A stretch of DNA of 64,000 nt. Origin: Vicugna vicugna (Eukaryota). The stretch covers positions 5,459,684-5,523,683 of the forward strand of contig MU061814.1 of NCBI GenBank assembly GCA_013265495.1, in the 5' to 3' direction. The position numbers and the translations under genes were made by a program. Below the pieces are notes generated by a model. The model was given only the letters and a program-made list of their open reading frames with translations. It made no database searches and was not told where the DNA came from. Positions 58,321 to 64,000 of the stretch are shown here, piece by piece. Every line of letters begins with the position of its first letter. The first letter of the stretch is position 1.

Positions 58321-61300
58321 AAGCTCACATGGGGACCCCCTGCAAAGGGCTCCGTAAATGGGAGCTGGAGTGAGGACACCCCACTCAGCCCCTTCAGCTG
58401 AAAATCCTTCAAAGAAGCGAAACCAGTAGCAATGCCCTTCTGCAAAGTGAGATTTTCACTGAGATGCGGCTCCAGGTGGGTGCTCGGAGGGATGAAAGGC
58501 ACCAAAGGCAGAGCTGCCGGGAGGAGGAAGCAGGAGACAGCTCGGGGTGGAAAAGCAAGTGGGCAGAAGGGAAAGGAGCTGCAGGAAGCCCCACCTGCAG
58601 TCATTACAGCACTCAGTGACCCTCAGGATGGCTCTTACGCAGTAAAAGGAAATTGCTCACCCCCTCAACAACTGTGCCTCCCGCTTGCAACCTCTCAGCA
58701 GCAGCTGGCTCTGACCCTGGGCCTGCGGGCTGAGGGGTCCCTGCCACCCTCTCACTACTCCGGCCTCCTCGGCCTCCTCAAGTAATTCCAGTTCACCTGT
58801 CTGCACTCCTCGCGGGAGCCACTCTCACTTGCTGAAAAAGGCATTTCTGGAAGCGCAGTTTGGGTACATTTCACCTGAACTCAACTAGCTAAGAAATATT
58901 CCCTCCTAATAAACTTACTTTTCATAGCTGAACTCAGAGGAGCAAACAGACTAAAAAGGAGTCTCTGGTTGTCTCAGATTCTTTCCTAAATACACCAGGT
59001 GTGCAAGCCAAATCCCAAAGGTCAGAGGGCTGCCAACAGGAGGGAGCAGGAAGCCGCACAGGCTTCCACCCTCGGGGATTTCAGTCTCTGACAAAAGCGC
59101 GTCACCAGCAGGTGTAGACACCAGGTCCCGCTGCCCCACCTCACAGACACATTTGGGAACTTTATCAAAGCGGAAAAGCACATCAGAAAACTCAGCGATC
59201 CCTTTAAAAAACTGCCTTCCTGTGTTCAGCCTCCTCTCCTTGAGTTAAAGCCCATTGGAAAGCAGGGTCCTGAGCAGAGCACCTGACCCAACGAGAAACC
59301 CCCGAAGCAGGCCTGGCGCCCGCTCCTGGAGGTGAGGTGAGAGGTGAGGCAGGACCCAACAGGCTCCACCCTTTGCAGGGACAATGTAAAACCTTTATTG
59401 TTCCTCTCATTTGGAATTCAAAGGCAGGCAGGCAGGCAGAGAAGTGGCCTGCTGGTCAAGGTCGAGGGTGGGTCTGATGCCTGGCCCCGGACAAGGTCCC
59501 TAGGGAACCTGGACCCAAACTCAGACCCAGGCCAGAGGTGGAGGGGAGAGGCAGAGCAGGAGAGACAAGAGGGGGAGGGGAGGCCAAGGGGCAAGGTCAA
59601 CGTCGGACCCTCTCAGCTCCTCCTCCCTGGCCTCTGCCAGCAGTTTGGAGGAAAACCACAGGATTCTTCCAGAATGGCTACTGCAGGGGCCCCGACCTAG
59701 TGGTCAGGGGCTGCAGGGTTCCTGGCGTCCCTGAGGCCAGAGAACCACAGGCTGTGGGCTCACCAGGCTGGAGCCACCCTCTCAGGACAACCGGCTGTCC
59801 CCTCAGCTTTGCTCTTGCCCTGTTTCAGGGCCCCAGGGTGCCGGGCGCCCAGAGGCTGCACTCCTAACCATCAAGGTGAACGAAAGGATTATCACACAAT
59901 ACACCCCCCATCACTCCCTGGGGACAGAATGCAGGTTCCCAACACAGATAAACCTCGTGTTTTTTTATTATCACTAACACAAGCATCAACCACTGTATCT
60001 TCTTTTTCTTTTTCTGAGCAATGAATGAATTGGCATCACTCTTACACTACGTACAGCCAGCTAGCAGCCAACTGGAGGTGCATCCACACGCACAGTCCTG
60101 TCATCTGACCAGTGCTGAAAGGTCTCGCCATAAGCTGGAGACCACCCCAAGCAGAGCAGAGCTAAGTCCCAGGCTTTGGCCCCTCGCTAAGGAAAGTGTG
60201 AAGCCGAAACTGGCTGCTGCTCTCGGAAGCTGCTTTCAAGTTAGAGAACCCCCACCCCAGGGCCCTCGGTGCCCCACTCCCCTCTGCAGGACCACCCCGC
60301 ATACCTGCATTTCTGCAGGATTAAATAAAAAACATCTCTTGACCTGTGTTTACCCTAACAAAACCCACTGCCGCAGGAAACAGCCTGCCTCCCAACACCC
60401 TAGGTAGACAAGTCTCCGTCCTGTCCTTACCGGTCAGGAAGCCTGTTACAGGTCTCACAACCAGTCAGACACCTGTGCATGTCTGACCACACCGCCCCCA
60501 CTCCCCGTGTGCACAGCCCCCTCCTCCAATGACAGACCCTGCCCGCCCGCCCTCGCGGCTCACCCAGGCCCCTCTCGTCTGCGGGGCCCGCTGCTGTCTT
60601 TGGCAGTGTAACCTAGCAACTCCTTTCCTGTTCTCCTTTGCCTTTGGTAAAGTCACCGGCCCACCAGTGCTGCCCACGAAGGGAGACAGGTCCCCATTCC
60701 TAAGCAGACCTTTGTTTGTCCACCACCAGGGCCATCCCACACCTGTGCGTCACTGCTGGAAAGGCAACTTCGTGGACTACGTGGATCCTGCTGGGCGCTG
60801 CTCTGAGGCAGGGCAGGGGGACTAACAGGCAGGATGGAAAAGGGGCCACCAAACAAACAAAAAACAAAAAAGTGGGGGGGGAGTGAAAATTAGGAGTTAA
60901 CCTTTGTATCCAACCCCAAAGACCTACTGAAAGTCAGCTGTGGAACGTGACGGGCTCCTTAGTCAAAGGAGCAAATGAGAACCATACTAATCTTCTGTCT
61001 TTTATACAAAAGAATACATAAACGGGAAAATGCGAAAGATTAGGAAAGGGAACAGGGTGGGAGGAGGGGGTCACCCCAGGCACGCTGTGCCCAGCAACCC
61101 TCTACACGGATGCTGCAGCTGGCCCTGCGGACGGAGTGCCACCGCTCGCCAGCAGCAGCAGAGCCTGGCCCTGTGACCGGCGGGAGTGGAGCGGCAGCGC
61201 TGTGGCTCCGAGGCCGCCCCACCTCTGGGAGGCCCAGATCGACGGCAAGAAGCGGGGCTAGATGCGTCCTTCCCATGTCCACCGCTTCCCAGAGCCCTTC

Positions 61301-62455
61301 AGACAGAAACACAAATCCAAGGAGCCGCCTCTCCTGTAAGAAAGCCCCGGTTTGTCACCTACACCAGAGGGACCACCCTCACGGAGCACAGTGTGTCACT
61401 CATGCCTCTTAGGATGTTCCTGCTACTCTGAGACGTCTTCTGTCCCCTGTGAGTTTAGTGAAAAAAGTAAATGCAGTTAATTTCAGAAGAAATTTTAACA
61501 CATATAAGGCATAAAAATTGTATTTCCTTTCTAGTTGACTTCATCTCCTAACCATCTCCAAAAGAACACACCAAATAAAAAGGGCAGGAAAATCAATGCC
61601 TTCACAGCTTTTGACAGAAAAGCAGTTGAGGAGAAACATAGTTGTGCCTGAACACACCGTTCACCTGCACACGCTCCTCACAGAGCGGTGCCAGGACGAG
61701 GGCGAGTCCCGCAGACCTGTCCCCATTCCGAGGCCAGCTGGGAGCAGGGGCCGCGGGGCCCCAGGGGCAGGGGGCAGTTACAACCGTACCAGCTACAATT
61801 TAATAGATTATTTTTTCCAAAATGAAATACTTGAAAAGTAAGAGACTGCTGAAAGTCAGGTCTAATGGTAGCTTTCTGGATTTGTCCAAAATAGAAAAAA
61901 ACGTAACGTATAAATTCCTGTTCTTGCCTGACTCATAAAAACAAAATGGCGAAAGTGAGGAAGAACGCATCCGAAGGAACTGCCAACAAGGACAGCAGAG
62001 GCTGAGCGACCAGGAGCTTCCACAGGGCGCCCAAAAGCCTCTACTCCGGACCTCAGCAAAACCAACGCCCAGAAAACACCCTTCCAATGCCAAAACAGTC
62101 TTGAGGTCCCATCTGGACCACGTGCTTCTCAACTGCAGAAATCCAAGGAGAAACAAGAGCTCCCAAACCTGTCCACAGAAGGCAGGAGCCCAAGAAAGCT
62201 GCCCTTTCTGATGGTACGGAGGAATGCAAAATCCTGGGAGCTGGTCAGACAGACAGAAGTTCCTCTTGTTCCAACGGAAAGTAAAAGCACTTAGAGAGTA
62301 AACATAAGGTTTTAAAGTTAAAAACGCAAAAACAAAATTTTGAGAGTGTGTTTTTAAAAAGGAACATGTGGTTACCAATTGAAAAGGATGCCTCATTTTC
62401 ACTCAACGCTTCTACCTCCCAAATTGACATCTGATCAGAATAGCCAGGCTCAGCA

Positions 62456-62609
62456 AAAAAAAAAAAAAAAAAAAAAAAACCCACACCCCACCCCGCNNNN
62501 NNNNNNNNNNNNNNNNNNNNNNNNNNNNNNNNNNNNNNNNNNNNNNNNNNNNNNNNNNNNNNNNNNNNNNNNNNNNNNNNNNNNNAAAAAAAAAAAAAAA
62601 AAAAAAAAA
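62456..62609. other. Poly(A) tracts flanking an 89-N assembly gap (62497-62585)
   Basis: A-runs of about 24 nt on each side of the N run. Confidence 0.9.
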
Positions 62610-63499
62610 TCCTCAAAGCACACACAGTCACACAGCTACACAGTACGGGCTCTTTGTTTATGTGTGAGCACATCTGTCTGTACCTGCGTCTACAGCAACA
62701 TACGTGTCAGGTCCCCACCAGCCAGGCCTGAAGGGAACCACCACCTCAACAGGAAGTGGTTGCGAACAGCGCACTGACTGGGCCCGGGACGGCCAGGCAG
62801 GTCTGCTGCCTGTGCTCCCCCGGCCGGCCCCCACACTACCCCACTTTATGTCGCAATATGTCGCAACTTCTGCGGGAGTTGAAAGATCAAGACAAACATC
62901 ATTCTTGCTTTTACCCATCCGAAGAAACCTGTGACACACCAGCGCGTCCTGACTTTGCGGTAGAGCCTAGAAAGGCAAGGGGGGCGGGGGAGGGAGACTG
63001 TCTCCAACCCCACTGCACGGGCTTCGCAGGCCAAGACTCATGGCATCTGAATATACGCGGCAGAACTAAATAGTAATAAAAGTCTCCCTACTCCCTTTAA
63101 CATCTTCACGCAGAATTTCAAGACAGACTATTGTGAAAAACTAAGGCTATGGAAATTGGCTTTTTGGAGTTTATTGCCTACTCGTGGTAATGATTCTGAG
63201 CAGTTTATACATTAACCCCAAGAATCAGGTTTGATTTTGCCAAAACTCCCCTTGAAAGCAGGGCTCCAATGGGTATGGGTTTGATTTTATGCTTTTGGGG
63301 TTTGAAAGATAGAAACACCACCCCAAATACTGTGGCTCTGTGAAACACGGCTGGTAGCCTGCTTGTTGAGCAGTCCAGGATTTGTTTAAAAGAAGCACTG
63401 TGTATTTTATTCTCAAAATGCGTTCCCGTTTTAAAAAACTCTTTTATGCTCTTTTAAAACTAATAAGCCTTTAACATCTCTCTTTACAGAACTGCTAAC

Positions 63500-63583
63500 T
63501 TGTGAATCACTATGTTGTTCACCAGAAACTCATATAATATTGTACCTCAAACTATACCTCAAATAAAAAATAAGAGAGAAAAA
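63500..63583 (+). mobile_element. L1 extreme 3' end with A-rich tail
   Basis: GTGAATCACTATGTTGTTCACCAGAAACTCATATAATATTGTACCTCAAACTATACCTCAAATAAAAAA is the typical L1MA-type terminus. Confidence 0.8.
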
Positions 63584-64000
63584 CGTGCTCATCTGTCAAG
63601 ATGAAACTCCCCCTGGGCTTGGAGAACAGCAGAAGCTCTGGCCGTCTGGCTGCTCCCCCTGCCCCAGGCCCACCTCGTTCCCTTCCAGAAGCCAGTTCAC
63701 GACCCCACAGGCTGAAATCTTGTCAACCTGCTCACTGTTCCAGATGAAGAGCGACACATGCCCCAAACCCCTCGCTGTGCGCTGGGGTCTTCAGGGCTCG
63801 GGCCCAGGGTCCTCCTGCACTCGTGCTGTGCTCGCCTCTACCACCTTTCCACCTGCTCCCCTAACCTCCCCACTCAATGCCTCAAATGCACCTGGAAACC
63901 TGACATGCAAAAGGAGCTCTTGACTGCTGAACCTCCCCATCCATCCAGGCCTCCTCTAGCCATGGTCCCACCCTGTAAACCCAACTGCCCCCAGATATTC

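Noticed and set aside
58330-58930. Possible ERVL-type LTR remnant (AATAAACTT near 58908)
   Set aside because: Too diverged to assign a family or boundaries by eye.
59300-64000. GID8 or the distal DIDO1 first exon
   Set aside because: No CpG island or GID8-like coding sequence here; by synteny they should lie beyond the right edge.
1-64000. CRISPR arrays, rRNA or genuine tRNA genes, prokaryotic systems
   Set aside because: Spliced mammalian locus; tRNA-like B-boxes belong to SINEs; no regularly spaced repeat-spacer array seen.

Overview
Mammalian genomic DNA, GC-rich, with four N-gaps. It is very likely a camelid: two tRNA-derived SINEs match the camelid Vic-1 type as I recall it. The region is syntenic with human 20q13.33. 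Two known genes lie in tandem on the minus strand. (1) The 5' part of TCFL5 (bHLH transcription factor): coding exons 1-4 at 1138-5016, the start codon hidden in an N-gap, exons 5-6 off the left edge. (2) Essentially all of DIDO1 (death inducer-obliterator 1): CpG-island exon 1 near 56.8 kb, non-coding exon 2, and 14 coding exons from ATG 44835 to TAG 15121. All 13 coding junctions are GT-AG and phase-consistent, encoding PHD, TFIIS-M, SPOC, coiled-coil, Pro/Gly-rich and Arg/Glu-rich regions. The short DIDO1 isoform ends (intron-6 read-through, alternative terminal exon, intron-15 read-through with intronic poly(A) signals) can be read from the sequence. Most notable observations: an in-frame 162-bp tandem duplication in DIDO1 exon 16 next to a mis-sized gap; a short intron-6 segment that can serve as a 6-nt microexon, a terminal exon, a poison exon and a read-through stop; a frame-preserving 54-nt candidate cassette exon; uORFs in both 5'UTR exons; and a phase-consistent chain of + strand candidate exons between TCFL5 and DIDO1 ending in a protein-like or ERV-like decayed segment. 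Gene identities and human/mouse comparisons rely on my recollection of those proteins, not on database searches.
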